DNA from: Negaprion brevirostris
Lineage: Eukaryota
DNA length: 64,000 nt
Direction of reading: 5' to 3'
Assembly: GCA_030324005.1 (NCBI GenBank)
Contig: JARDVH010000137.1
Location: 10,163,462-10,227,461, forward strand
The notes under the pieces are model-generated. The model did no database searches and was not told the origin of the DNA. It saw only the letters and a list, made by a program, of their open reading frames with translations. Positions 1 to 12,909 of this stretch are shown piece after piece (position 1 is the first letter of the stretch; the number at the start of each line of letters is the position of its first letter). The translations under genes and the position numbers were made by a program.

Positions 1-221
1 ATATTGCTTGAATTGGAGCCAGGTACATTAGCAGTATCTTTCATGTTTTAAGTATTTCAACTGGTAAAAGTTAAGCTAATGCATTTGTTTTAGTTAAATA
101 AAATCTTCATAGCAATAGAATCATGCTTGGAGTGAAACATCTTATCCTCATACTGTCAATAAAAACTGGTGGTGTCTAGTTGAGTTTCATAATGCAAGTT
201 TCTGCTCTGGTACGCGTAACA
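1..221 (+). mobile_element. Possible 3' end of a solo LTR
   Basis: AATAAA signals followed by a terminal ...cgtaaca; recognised only by general resemblance. Confidence 0.3.
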
Positions 222-944
222 CTGCTGAAAGTGTTTCTCAGCAAGAGACGCTAGACCTTCTTGTATCCAAAGGGAGATTCACAGCTAGATAAAGTAAATC
301 CCTGGATAAAGGATGCCTAAAGCTGAAATAAAAACAGAAAATGCTGGAAATCTCAGCAAGTCTGATAGCATCTGTGGGGAGAGAATAGAGCTACTGTTGA
401 GTCGATGTGTCAGTGCTTCTCCATTTTTTTGTGCTTCCGCACCTGCTCCAGGTGTCTTTTTTAAGCTAAGCTATCGAATTGCCTTTTCTATGTACTGGTT
501 AAGGTTGTGGTGAGATGTTGGCCGGTAGCATGTTGTGGGATGGTGTTTCAATTTTATATTTATACTTATAATATTTATACATAATTTGCTAACAAATCTA
601 TATTTACAAACTTTAGACTTCAGCGATTGCTTCCAACTGTAACACACTAGGAAAGTTTTTTGTGAAATGTGTCTCTGATATCCCATATAGGAAATCTTCA
701 AAGCTTACTTGAAAGGGGGCAGGAGGGGACAAAAAAAAGCAGGCATTCTGACCCTTTTCTTGAGCAAATTTCAACAATCAAGCTCCAGGCTGAAGTGACC
801 CCCTCCCCCACCCTCAGAGTGCAGGCTCTAGAAGTAAGGACAAGGTAGGAGCAGAGTTCATGATGAAATGACCATTGTGTACTAACTTTTGAAGTTTTCT
901 ACTTGAAAAGTTCCCTGTTTTAAAAGAACAGAGAAAAGGAGGAT

Positions 945-2953
945 TTTAAACAGTGAAACAAGTTTTTATTTTGCATAAGTTACTATCAAAATCATTTTTG
1001 ATTACAAGAAATAAATTCTAGGTCAATTTAATTCACAAAAACCTGGTGATTTATGAAAAAAATGGCAGCTATAGAAATCTGCATTACAATACAGATTATA
1101 ATCAACAGTCTTGGCATATCTTACTACATTACAAAGCTTATGTAAAAATGAAAGGCACCAATTAAACCATATTCCTGCTATAGTGAGGGTTTAATAGAGC
1201 TGAAAAAAATGGTGGTTGTTTTTATATGTAGAGTTTAAATGTACTGATTTGGCAAGTGGATATATTTTTCTGTAACAATCTCCACAATAGCACAGCATAA
1301 GAGACTAGAAGTGCCAGATTTTCAACATAAATAAATATGAAACAACACAAGTGGAATTTGGCATTCGCTGCTTTACAAAAAAAGCACAAACCACTCTCAG
1401 CAAGTGTCTATGTTTCAACTACCTTTTATCATTTACAAGCAACTTAAGCCAACTCAGTGACTGATGCAATAAAGTTTCATTTAAAATTTTAATCCACTGC
1501 CTTTGCTCAAAATATATACCTATAAAAAAAAATCACAAATTTCATTTGGTTCTTGCAGTATATCATTTAAATGGTTAACTCCATCAATCATCTGACCATT
1601 GTTTCTTTAGCAATGATAATTTCTTTCTATTAACTTGTTTGTGCAACCAAAAAGTTTTGTTAACTTGACAAACAAATGGGACATTGTTAACAAGATTTCC
1701 TTTCATCATTCTGACTAACCATATATCATTTCTTAAGAAATTACAGAACACTTTTCATATGTAGGCAAACCAGAGTGTTTTGTCTTTGCTTATTAATACT
1801 GGTTATCTCCATGTCTAAACAATCCCTGTTTTAAATATTCCATTTGTGAGAGTCACCACTCAACTATTGCTGTATTGAAATGACTGTCACGTCATATCTG
1901 CCACATCTGCAAATGTTGCATTTACAGAATTAAAAAAACTTTTCAATTCCTCTCCCATTTTGAAGCAATGCTATTAAAATAAGTAAAGGGATAATAATAC
2001 ATTCTTTCCACCCCACCCCAATGCACCCTGAAGCTAGTGCAAGAGCAAGAAGAAGAATGTTTCCCAAAGAATCATGCTTCCAGTTTCTCAACTCAAAGGC
2101 ATGGTTTCATTCTTGTGGTCTTCAGTGAGTCATTTATTCATTCAACTGACCTATCGCTCCGATAAGTCAATAGTGTAAAAGGAAGCACTACACATACTAC
2201 AAACTGGAATGTGAAATGACCTTTGTGCTGTTTGTTGGGGTAAAACAACATGAAATTCTACAAAAAGTATAAATTCTTGTTTCTGCAGATTGTACAATGC
2301 CTTTGCCATCACCAGAGTACTTATTACTTGGAATGGAAGAGCCATAAGTGAGAGCAAGAATTTGAATAGCAACCATTAAAATTCTAACAAGTTGAGGTAA
2401 CTCTGGACTAAAGTTAGCTCAGTTGTATGTACAATTCTACAACATGATTTTTACTTTCATCCTCCCACCAACCGCAAAACACTTACTTGGAAATTGAGCA
2501 TGGTATGCGCTTTATAACTAGTTTAACAATGGTCAATATTGCAGTATTTTGACAAAGTATCAACATTTAGCCAATTCCTGCAAATAGCCAGGTAATAAAA
2601 TATTGTTTTATATGCTGATTAGTACAAAGTATATAATAGAAAAATACTAACTGCTAGTTCTTAATCACATGCATAAATTACAAACACCATACAAATTCCT
2701 AGCCGGACAAGTGTAATTAACAATTCCCTCCACACGATCCCTCAAATATAAAGCAGGGACTAAGGTGGGTGGGATTTAAAAGTGGCATTTCCATAGTAAC
2801 ATGTGCAACTGATATCTGTAACTTCAGTGACCATCTTCAGATGGGTGAATTCTAGTCTAAAGACACTGTTTTCATGCGGTTTCAGGTTTAGACATCTTTG
2901 GCCTATTTTGCCAGTAGCAAGTGTACAGTGTAAGAATCTTGCAGAGTCTGTGG
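945..2953 (-). other. Putative 3'UTR (~2 kb)
   Basis: AT-rich, apparently repeat-free sequence between the stop codon and an AATAAA that is followed by a U-rich element. Confidence 0.65.
965..970 (-). terminator. Polyadenylation signal AATAAA (distal)
   Basis: Minus strand reads AATAAAaacttgtttcactgtttaaaatcctccttttctctgttctttt, a hexamer plus downstream U/GU-rich element. Confidence 0.6.
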
Positions 2954-3023
2954 TCAGTTCACTTTAGCGGCTGATTTGTCATTTGTTTTGGTTGGCTTCA
3001 GTTTGACATTTGCAACAGCTTCT
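2954..3023 (-). CDS. BAIAP2: Terminal coding exon 14: EAVANVKLKPTKTNDKSAAKVN* (WH2-like tail)
   Basis: Strong acceptor ttctctctcctctacag|A GAA...; VKLKPTKTND resembles IRSp53 VQLKPTVTND; TGA at 2954-2956. Confidence 0.9.
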
Positions 3024-5540
3024 CTGTAGAGGAGAGAGAAAGTACGTTAATACAAGGGATAGTTCAGAGGAACACAGCAGTGACACCATGACAGTACGGC
3101 TTGCAAGAGCTCAAGGTGCCCATGAGTAACTGTGAATATTGGGAACGAAAAAAAGGGTGTGGTCTGCTCATTAGAAATAGAAAATGACTTTCTACAGCTA
3201 CTTGGGAGTTAATAAACTGCAGTTTTAGAACCCTGATTTCTGTAAGAATTCTTACATTGTGCTGAGATGAGAACTATATTTTCTTTTAATGTTTGAGGTT
3301 TTATAATAATCTATTTTAAGGTTCTCTGAAGAAAAGTTGGGGTTTTTATTGCTCTTCCTGGGATACCCAAGTCACTTGCACAGTTAGATGGCAAGATTGC
3401 GGTTCCCTGAACTCTGTCCAATACTGCTCATGAACTAGCTGCAAAGTGTGCAGGAACTGCTGACACAGACTGGCTCTTTGGTTTCAATCCATGCTTTCTA
3501 ACCTGTGCTCTTGCTCTCTGACACAAAATGTTTCTGAATTAGCATCACATCTGATTATAAAGAAAACTTGAACTAAAATTTATATTAGATTTCTTTAGGC
3601 AGATAGATTTCTGCTTGGAGATATTTCTATTCAATCTTTAAATTACTACAATTTTGATGCCTAATTCACATTAACCTGTGGGCTAGGTATAAGAATCAAT
3701 CATTACAGAATGCAAGTTTCAGAAATGCACTTGCATTTATTTGCTTAAAAAAAAATCTGGATTTGAAACTAGATGAAATCTTTAATGTGAATTCTCTGAA
3801 AGACATCAGCTGAGCATCATGACGTCAGATCGTAGACTGCAATTAATGCCTGAAGCCTGCACATACTCCTCTTCTGTGACACATCTGCTCTTGCCGTGCT
3901 GAANNNNNNNNNNNNNNNNNNNNNNNNNNNNNNNNNNNNNNNNNNNNNNNNNNNNNNNNNNNNNNNNNNNNNNNNNNNNNNNNNNNNNNNNNNNNNNNNN
4001 NNNNNNNNNNNNNNNNNNNNNNNNNNNNNNNNNNNNNNNNNNNNNNNNNNNNNNNNNNNNNNNNNNNNNNNNNNNNNNNNNNNNNNNNNNNNNNNNNNNN
4101 NNNNNNNNNNNNNNNNNNNNNNNNNNAAACATCAGCTTATTTTCTGGGACAAAAGATAGACCAAGTTTATATATTGGTCAGTGCATGCTTGGAGGGCCAA
4201 AGGCCTGTCCCTGTGCTGTAATTTTCTTCATTCTTTATATGATATATAGATACAAAAGTGAAAAGTAATTAGATAACAAGTCTTTTAAAGCTTTTTCAAG
4301 CATATTTAAGGACTATTCTTTTCTGGCAGTTCCTAATGGGCTCCACTCGGAGTGTCAAATGCAAGCGAGGGAGTACCTTAAAAGGGGTGGACACATGGCA
4401 GAGACCAGCCATACAATACATTTACTGCCAATCAGTTCAGAAGTGGCATTAAATAGTAAACAATTAAATCTGGGAGAATAACAAATCATGGAACACAGCA
4501 CTGTAACAATGTTTTAAAAGGAGCCAGGATTGATTCAGGCTGCAATTATCCTGATAATAAAATTCTGACAATCCTAAAATGGAAATAGAGTTCCAGTTGC
4601 TACATTTGACTTACATTTTGAAAACAATGCAACAATTTCTTGCCAGAATGAAACACAGAAACAGATGGAGCTCAGGACTGTGGAGAAAGTGAGACAGAAC
4701 TTGCCCATTTGTGAAGACACAGTGGGAAATGAATGATTGTCACCAGCAACAGACAAGGTGATAAAAGTCAGACTGGCATATTGAAATGCCAAACTTACTA
4801 ATTTAGAGAGGCCTTATATGTGGCAGAAGTTTAAATTCAAAACCTTTCAATCTCGGCATCAGAACTGCAATGAAAAAAATTCAGTCGATTTGTACCTATA
4901 ATTGTAAAACTCTGGGAGGGAAATCAAACGACACAGCACTAAGCTCAGATATACCATAATTAACATAAAAGCAAAATTTTCACCAACTTATTACCAATAG
5001 ATGAAGGACCTCCCTCATTCAATGGTTCATTCAATGGTTCAGTATTATCAATGGATTGGCTGATCCAAATGGATCAAAGCCTTAACCACTGGCCCAAAGG
5101 ACATTATGGGTTGGGAAGAGGAAAGCCAATCTGCTCACCATTCAGAGGGAAGGCGGCAGGTGAAGATACGAAAAGCACAGCACTGGGCTTTGCTTTGATG
5201 CTTCCAGCTGTGAAATGCTTGCCAACCTTCATTATCAAAGCTTTCAGCTCAGTAAAGGCCAGAGAGTAATTGAAACCTGTGGAATCAATCTGTCCAAACG
5301 TTCCAGAAAGGACAGGAGCCGGAGAAATAAATGGCATTCAGGAAAAAATGTTAACATTTAAGATAAATGTTATTGCACAGTGCCAACTCATTTGAAAATC
5401 TAATACCAGCATACCAGAAACCCTGCTGATTTTACAAAGCAATATTTAAAAGCCAAGAACTTCCCACAGAAGTGGTGGAAAAATAAAATGAAATAATTAA
5501 GTTAGTTTCAGAAGATAACCCTGACACAAAAATTAAATTA

Positions 5541-5804
5541 AAGTTTATTTATTAGTCACAAGTAAGGCTTACATTAACACTGCAATGAAGTTACTGTGAA
5601 ATTCCCCTACACTCCAGCACCTGTTCCGGTCAATGCATCTAACCAGCATGTCTTTCAGAATGTGGGAGGAAACCGCAGCACCCAGAGAAAATCCACGCAG
5701 ACAGGGGGAGAACATGCAGACTCCACACAGTCACTCAAGCCTGGGACCTATTGAACCCGGGTCCCTGGTGCTGTGAGGCAGCAGTGCTTGCCACTGTGCT
5801 GCCC
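5541..5804 (-). mobile_element. V-SINE (HE1-like head and core) with a cacagtaacttcattgcagtgttaatgtaagcc tail
   Basis: tRNA-like head (cactgctgcctcacagcaccagggacccgggttc) and V-core (tttcctcccacattctgaaagac). Confidence 0.85.
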
Positions 5805-6368
5805 TGAAGATTTAATACCCATGCAAACAGCTGTTTGGGGCATTTTATTCAGAAAGAGAACCATCCTGCAGCAACGTGACCTCAATTTCGATGCTAACTG
5901 CCCAATATTGAATCAAGCAACTGACTAACCTGGCTTACAAAAGGAACACGCTGCGGATGCTGGGACTCTTTAAAACAGAAATAAGTAGTACTCAGCAGGT
6001 CAGGCAGCATCTGTGGAAAGAGAAACAGAGTTAATGTTTCAGGTNNNNNNNNNNNNNNNNNNNNNNNNNNNNNNNNNNNNNNNNNNNNNNNNNNNNNNNN
6101 NNNNNNNNNNNNNNNNNNNNNNNNNNNNNNNNNNNNNNNNNNNNAAAGAGAAACAGAGTTATTGTTTCAGGTCGGATAGGTCATTGACCTGAAACGTTAA
6201 CTCCGTTTCGCTCTCCCCAGATGCTGCCTGACCTGCTGAGTATTGCAGGCATTTTTCTTTGGTTTTATAGCTAAATTTGACTTTGTTGGTTTTTGCCCCT
6301 TCCTGTTACTTTGAACTTAATATTTTAAAAGCTTGATTTATGATTTAGTGAAAAAGTGTAATTCTTAC

Positions 6369-6403
6369 TTCAAAGAGAGTCTTGAATGATTGAACTCCGG
6401 GCC
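6369..6403 (-). CDS. BAIAP2: Exon 13 (35-nt micro-exon): GPEFNHSRLSL(K)
   Basis: Boundaries ctcattcttcctag|GGC...AA|gtaaga. Phase 0/2 and 35 nt bridge exon 12 to the terminal exon, as the human GLDDYGARSMS exon does. Sequence similarity is low. Confidence 0.75.
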
Positions 6404-8009
6404 CTAGGAAGAATGAGATGAGTTATTAGGAGAGTGTCCACTAGATGTCAGCATCAATGCTTACAATCAATCAATTACTGCAAAACGACATGACTAACTT
6501 TTAGCAGCAATGAATCTAAACACATTAAGATTACACTCATTGTTTTAACTTTTATATTATGCATGCCGCCACCCCCCAACCACTAGCTCAAACGTTTAGT
6601 AGCCAAAACTGAGGAAGAATTTGCATTTTACACATCTTCCTGAGCCTCAGACGTCCCAAACAACTTCACAGCTAATAAATGACCTTGAAGGGAAACATTT
6701 GAATGGGGGCAAACAGAACAGCCAGTTTGTACACAGCAAGGCCCCACAAAAAGCAATGCAATGAAGAACAAGGAAATCGGTTTTCAATAGAGGAATAAGT
6801 GCTGTCTAGGTTGCTAGGAGAACTCATTGTTCTTCAAATCATGCTACGTAGCTTTTTAATAATAAGGCAGGCGGGACCTGAGCCCCAGCATGCCTTCAGA
6901 AAGATGCCAGCTTTGATGATGCTGCATCACCTCGGTACTCAGGTGGTGTGTGGAGGGTTTGGGGGGGGGGGGGGGAGAGATTCAACTCTCAATCTCTGAT
7001 TCCAAGACGACTGGCACTCAACCTATTTCTTAATTCACTTTATTGTCTGGATATTAGGAAATGGAAATCCATTTGAGGTTGTAATTTTTTAGTAAAAGGT
7101 GTACTCTCTGATTTATAAACAGTAGTCTAATCATCTGAAAAATTAATCTCTTCATAGCTCATAAAATCTCCACCAGAGTGAAAATCCCAAAACCATAAGA
7201 TCAAATCTTATTGGGTCAGCGAAACTATTTATTGAAAAGGTTATCAATAAAACAGATATGGCAATGTGGATTGAAATTTGAGACAGATGAAAATCTTCAC
7301 TAATAACATTCAAAGTTTAAGTAGCAGAAAATCAATACGTTATTGAAATCTCTCACTTTCTAGTTATTAGAAATTCAGTGGCATTCCCCTTTGTCAGGAA
7401 AGGGAACAAATTTCAACACTAATTAATTCAAAAATAACTTCTCTGGCCTTGATGTTCACTGATCTAATGCACCAAATTTGTAACCATAGCTGTTTCTGAA
7501 CAGAATATTAAGTTGTTTTAATTACGTAACAAGCAGATGACCTAGAAACTTGAATTAAGGAGTGTTCTGTAGCGTGAAGAGGCTTCACTTGTGCAAATCA
7601 CCATGCTGTAATTAAAACCCTTAAGGTCAGCCTGCATCTCTTGTGAATTTAGTTGAACCTCAGCTATGAGCAATCTAATCTCCTGTTGAATGTGGTGTTA
7701 GTGACTCAACAGCTCTGCCGTTCTGGTGATAACTGTCAAGCTGCAGATGCTTTACATGAGTGTACCACTTAATTCCTTGAAGACAACACTAGTGTTTATG
7801 GTGCAAAATTAAAATTTTAATATTTTATTTGAAGTTTCAAAGTTGTACATTTATTTTTAAACTGTGCAAGACAGTCTTTAAGAATGCTGAAAAAGTATTC
7901 TGTACTTTTGGTTCTTATGTTTGGCTGAATTTGCTCGTACAATGATCAGGACTTTTCCAAAACACTTAGTGAAAAATGCATGCAGCATTTTGTCACATAA
8001 CATGAAACT

Positions 8010-8213
8010 GAGAGTGGCGAGTGGCTGGAATGAGCTGCCAGAGGCTGTCGTAGAGGCAGGTACAAATTTGTCTTTTAAAAAGTATTTAGACAGTTACATG
8101 GTTAAGATGCGTATAGAGGGATATGGGCCAGATGCAGGCAATTGGGATTAGTTTAGTGCTAAAAACTGGGCAGCGTGATCACACTGGGCCGAAGAGCCTG
8201 TTTGCATGATGTA
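8010..8213 (+). mobile_element. CR1/HER1 LINE 3' fragment
   Basis: Translates as RVASGWNELPEAVVEAGT..FKKYLDSYM (CR1 ORF2 C-terminus), followed by a gggccgaagagcctgt tail. Confidence 0.85.
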
Positions 8214-8214
8214 A

Positions 8215-8535
8215 ACATAGAACATAGAACCCTACAGTGCAGAAACAGGCCCTTCGGCTCATCGAGTCTGCACTGACCACAATCCTACCCAGGCCCTACC
8301 TCCATATCCCTACACATTTACCCGCCAATCCCTCTAACCTACACATCACAGNNNNNNNNNNNNNNNNNNNNNNNNNNNNNNNNNNNNNNNNNNNNNNNNN
8401 NNNNNNNNNNNNNNNNNNNNNNNNNNNNNNNNNNNNNNNNNNNNNNNNNNNAGACAGTGACCTGAGCCAAGAATCAAACCCAGGTCCCTGGAGCCGTGAA
8501 GTAGCAGTGCTAACCACTGTGTTACCATGCCGCCC
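8215..8535 (-). mobile_element. HE1 V-SINE with CR1-derived tail (gapped)
   Basis: Head gggcggcatggtaacacagtggttagcact; tail ...gcactgtagggttctatgttctatg. Confidence 0.85.
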
Positions 8536-9289
8536 CTCTATGAAACCTCTATGACTCTAAATCAACTCATCTTCAGAACCCTGTTTCAGAGAATTACTGT
8601 CAGATTCACAATTCCTTCCATCAGTGCATTATAAAACGCTCAAAGCAAGTGTGTACTGAAGTCCTTCCTGTGTATGTGTGAGAGACACACTTTCCACCAT
8701 GATTGCCAGGGGTCACAGCTAAAGTATAATGTCATAAAAAATAATACTGATGTACGATGTAGGATAGCTGAAAAGAATTAGAGAAACTTGAGGCCAGTAG
8801 CTTCCCAATTTCAAAAGGTAGGTCTGAGTGCATGTCTACTCAGTTCTACTTTATATAAAGGTTAACAGAAATGTGGAATAAACCTCAAAGATGCAAGGCA
8901 GGGCCAATTAAAAATTTCAGAATGGAAATTGATAGTACCCTTCACTCAACAAAAATCAGAATCTGATGGTTACAAAAATCAAGGAACGATCATGAAGCTA
9001 ATACACAAATCAGCCATGATCTAACTAAATGGTAGAACAGGTTCAAAGGGGCTGAATGGACTAACACACAAACTGCATTTGATGTTAGAGTACTAAAAAT
9101 AAGGAACAAAATCTAAATTTGAGAGAAACAATGGGGTGAAATTGAAGCTTGGTGGTAACACAAACCAGGAGGTAGTAGATCAGTCACCAGTCAAACACCT
9201 CACCAGAAAACCACAGAAAAGAAAATTGAGTGGGACAATCTACCACCATCACCAAAGCTGAAACTTACAAGAAGTGGTTTTATAAATAC

Positions 9290-9458
9290 CTGAGAGAAAC
9301 CTGGCACAGCCATACTGTAGGGCCTGGGCTTAAAAGTGCTTGAGGTGGACAGAGGATGAGGCGCCATTTTTAAAGTTGAGTTGTAGTCAGGTGGAGGAAT
9401 GGAGAGATCCTCTTTTTGCAGAAGGTTGCCTGTGCTGCTGCTTTTCACATGGTTCAAG
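9290..9458 (-). CDS. BAIAP2: Exon 12 (169 nt): (N)LNHVKSSSTGNLLQKEDLSIPPPDY...FKPRPYSMAVPGFSQ, with the WW-binding PPPDY motif
   Basis: Boundaries cacatag|C TTG...CAG|gtattt; KSSSTGNLL, IPPPDY and RPYS(V/M)AVP match IRSp53. Confidence 0.94.
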
Positions 9459-9721
9459 CTATGTGATGCAAAACATGACAAAATTAATACTTGAGTACAG
9501 TCATGGATTGTATCATTTAACACAAGTTTATTCATTATTTGAGTATATTCAATGCACGTTTCATGACTGAGTCAGTGAAGAAAACCAGTTTGCAGGACAC
9601 GGGGTGATCACCAATGCCAAATCTGATATGGGCATTTAAAAACTTGTCGCCCACCTCGAGAAACCTGTTGTATTGCAAGCTTGATCTGTGCTTTCATAAT
9701 TAGATCAGTTATTAAATCTTG

Positions 9722-9955
9722 GATTGGATAGGGTGGACAGTGAGCGCCTTTTACCTCGGATGGTGATGGCTAACACAAGGGGACATAGCTTTAAATTAAA
9801 GGATGGTAATTATAGGACGGATGTCAGAGGTANNNNNNNNNNNNNNNNNNNNNNNNNNNNNNNNNNNNNNNNNNNNNNNNNNNNNNNNNNNNNNNNNNNN
9901 NNNNNNNNNNNNNNNNNNNNNNNNNNNNNNNNTGCGCTGTAATGTTCTATGTTCT
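9722..9955 (+). mobile_element. CR1/HER1 LINE 3' fragment (gapped)
   Basis: Translates as DRVDSERLLPRMVMANTRGHSFKL (TRGH motif), with a gttctat microsatellite tail. Confidence 0.85.
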
Positions 9956-11239
9956 ACAATATCAACTCTATCTTGTTTTGACTTCAGTAGTATTGCAATT
10001 ATTCCCACTTGAGACAGTGAGAGAATTAATTAACACACCCATGGAAACAGTTTTTTCCCCCAGAATCAGGAGGTAGCTGTTCAGATCGAATCTGCAACAA
10101 CTCTCAAAGAACAATCTAACTAGCTCCACTCCCAAAGCATACACTCATAACCTCGCACATTCCTTCCTTTCAGATAGCAATCTCACTACCTTTTGAATAC
10201 CCCAATCTAACCTGCCTTTCTACACTCTCAGGAAGCTCCGTTCCTGATTCCAATCAACCTCTGGGTGAAAAAATTTTTCCTCACTTCGCTTTTACTCCTT
10301 TTGTCAATTATTTTGAACCTGCACCCCGGAAACATTTTCTTGCAAGTATCAATCCCACATTTCTTAAGTAAATTTTCCTAAAAGTATAACTACTTTGTAA
10401 CTTTGATTCATTAAGACAGTTTCTTAAAATTCAGAACAGAAATTCAATATTTAAAAATAGTGGAATGTTCAATTTGAAAATACAGGGTCTAAAACAAAAA
10501 CAAATCAGTCATGTGTTCTGAAAATTTTATATAAAATCTCAATTTCACTTGTTTCTCAGCATTATTTATAAATTTATAAACTACTCTAGAATCCAGTCAA
10601 ATTAGCCCAAATCCCTCTCAATTTGACTGAATTTAGCCTTTGGGATGCACCTAACAATTGACAAGGGTTGCAATCCTCTTAATAACAAGCAACTCCAAGA
10701 CATATAGCTCAAAGAAATTTCAAGTAACTAAATTACATCCAANNNNNNNNNNTGTAAAGCACTGCTACTGTACATTAAAAATAGACTCAGTTCAAGCAAA
10801 CAAAATGGACAGATTTAACACAAAGCTTGGTGCCATGACAGGAAATGATACTGGTCCAAAAAGGAGCCTAAATGCCAAGGCAAGCTGGATGAGCAGAACT
10901 TGGTTCATAATTCACTGATTTCTTTAATTTTCCAAAATATTTTCAGAAAAGGTAGTGGGAGGAAAAAAACAGAACTATAAAGGTATTTATTCTCACTGGA
11001 AAGAAATTCAGAAATTAATTTCCCCAAAAGAAATTTCGGAGATGAATGAAATGTGGGTGTAGTACTAGAGATTAAGCAGCTTTGAACAACGGATGTGGCA
11101 CCAAAGATTAAATGGTTTTGAGAAGGGTAGGTGTAGCGCCCGGAATGAAACAGTACAAACAGATGGTTACGCCTTAATGTTGGTATTTATATGATCTGAA
11201 AAGCAGGTGGATGCAATTCATCAAACTTCTCCTTTTAAG

Positions 11240-11520
11240 GGGTGGCATAGTGGTTAGCACTTTAGCACTGCTGCCTCACAGCGCCAGGGGCCTGGGTCCA
11301 ATTCTGGCCTTGGTCGACTGTGTGGATTTTGCATGTTTCCCCCCACAGCCCAAAGACGTGCAGGTTTGGTGGATTGGCCATGCTAAATTGCCCCTTAGCC
11401 ATGGTAAAATATATGGGGTTAAAGGGATAGGGTGGTGAGGAAGACCTGGGTGGGATGTTCTTTTGAAGAGTCAGACTCGATAGGCTGAATGGTCTCTCTC
11501 TGCATTGTAGGGATTGTATG
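11240..11520 (+). mobile_element. HE1 V-SINE
   Basis: gcactgctgcctcacagcgccaggg...ggattggccatgctaaattgcccc...ctgcattgtagggatt. Confidence 0.85.
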
Positions 11521-12458
11521 AGATGACTGTGTATTTGCCAGGTGGCATAAAAATTGTGGATGTAACCAGAGCATCTTATTTTACACATTTTTTGGGCTCT
11601 GAAATACTTATTCAGCAAAGTCAATTGGTCGTTGATAGTTCAAACTAGGAGATTTCTTTATTTTCTCCACTGCCCATCAAATCAAAACACATTTCCACTT
11701 CAACTCCTACTTCATCAGGTGGCATACATTGTACAAGGTAGCACAAAATAAGTTTTAAAATATTCTCAGCCAAATATACACACTGATCAACTTGAACTGG
11801 GATGGTAGCAGCTGAAACAAACAGGGTAGCTTCTTCCCCTTTCAGTCTTAAGCTTGTCTTTGCAGAGTAACTGAGCCAGACTAAGTTGGGGAATTATTTT
11901 GAGGGGGTAAGAGTGCAAATATTTTAATTTCAAAAATTCAGTCACAGGCAAAATTGAACTGCAAGATTAAATCTTTGAATGCAAATGAATTACTCAAGTC
12001 TGCTAAACAGGTAAAGTGAGCTATTGCAATTAACAAGTGAGCTAATGAAGTTTTTTAACTTGCAAGTACAGCCATGAATCTTAATTGCCAGTAGTCATGT
12101 TAGCATGTTAATGTGCTGACACCGCAATGTGCTGTGACACAGAGGTCAATAACAAGTGGTTTGCTGGAGATTTAGTAGATCCAGTAAAACAAAAGTGGCC
12201 TTTCCCAGGGAGGGAAGCCAACTTTTGCTCCTTTTGTACTCCTCAAAGCGGTTCTGCTCAAAGCAGCTCATTACAGAATGGCACCAGTACAAAAATAAAT
12301 GCAGGTGGCCAGTGGAGCCTTTGAATGGGATAATCACTGATGCAAAGTACAGGTGAGGAGCGAGCACCAGGAAAAGGCTGTGTCAGGGTGAGGAGTGGGG
12401 AGTCTGGAGAAAATCAACACATCTTCAAAATCTTATTTATTCTTGAATTGCTACTTAC

Positions 12459-12515
12459 TTGTGCAAGAATCCACCTTGCATTAAACGAGTGTAAGAGAAA
12501 GGAAACCATCCTCTC
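12459..12515 (-). CDS. BAIAP2: Exon 11 (57 nt), SH3 C-terminal part: (L)RGWFPFSYTRLMQGGFLH
   Basis: Boundaries tgtttctag|G AGA GGA TGG TTT CCT TTC TCT TAC...AA|gtaagt; RGWFPFSYTR motif. Not in the ORF track. Confidence 0.95.
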
Positions 12516-12707
12516 CTAGAAACAGAGTGATACAATTAGTGTGTCATGTAACCTCATACAGAATAAAACATCAGGTGTCTTCAATGTCAACAAGAGCCAG
12601 TAACTTGGTAATGCCATATAATAAATAGTTATTTATCTGTAACAAAGATGAAAGGGGAGGGATTAAACTGGAAGAAAATATGAACATACAATATCAATAT
12701 TACTTAC

Positions 12708-12909
12708 AACCGTGTCTTTTCATTTTCTCCATAATGCCAGCCATCCTTGGCCTCAGGAACTAACAACGTGATGACATCTCCTTCGCTGAAACTCAGCAAT
12801 GTATTGTTGCCTTTTGCTTGATGTGAAAAAATGGCTTGAACTTTGGTTCTTCCATTCTTTTCTAATCCAGCAGCCATTGAGCTGGATCTGGGTAAAGTTC
12901 TGGTCTCAG
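12708..12909 (-). CDS. BAIAP2: Exon 10 (202 nt): (A)ETRTLPRSSSMAAGLEKNGR plus SH3 N-terminal part TKVQAIFSHQAKGNNTLLSFSEGDVITLLVPEAKDGWHYGENEKTR
   Basis: Boundaries ctatttag|CT GAG...CGG TT|gtaagt; TLPRSSSMAAGLE and the SH3 motifs match IRSp53. Confidence 0.97.

Noticed and set aside
7700-7745. Minus-strand cag|CTT GAC AGT TAT... (LDSYHQNGRAV) as exon 13
   Set aside because: Poor polypyrimidine tract and donor; 6369-6403 has much better splice sites and the right size and phase.
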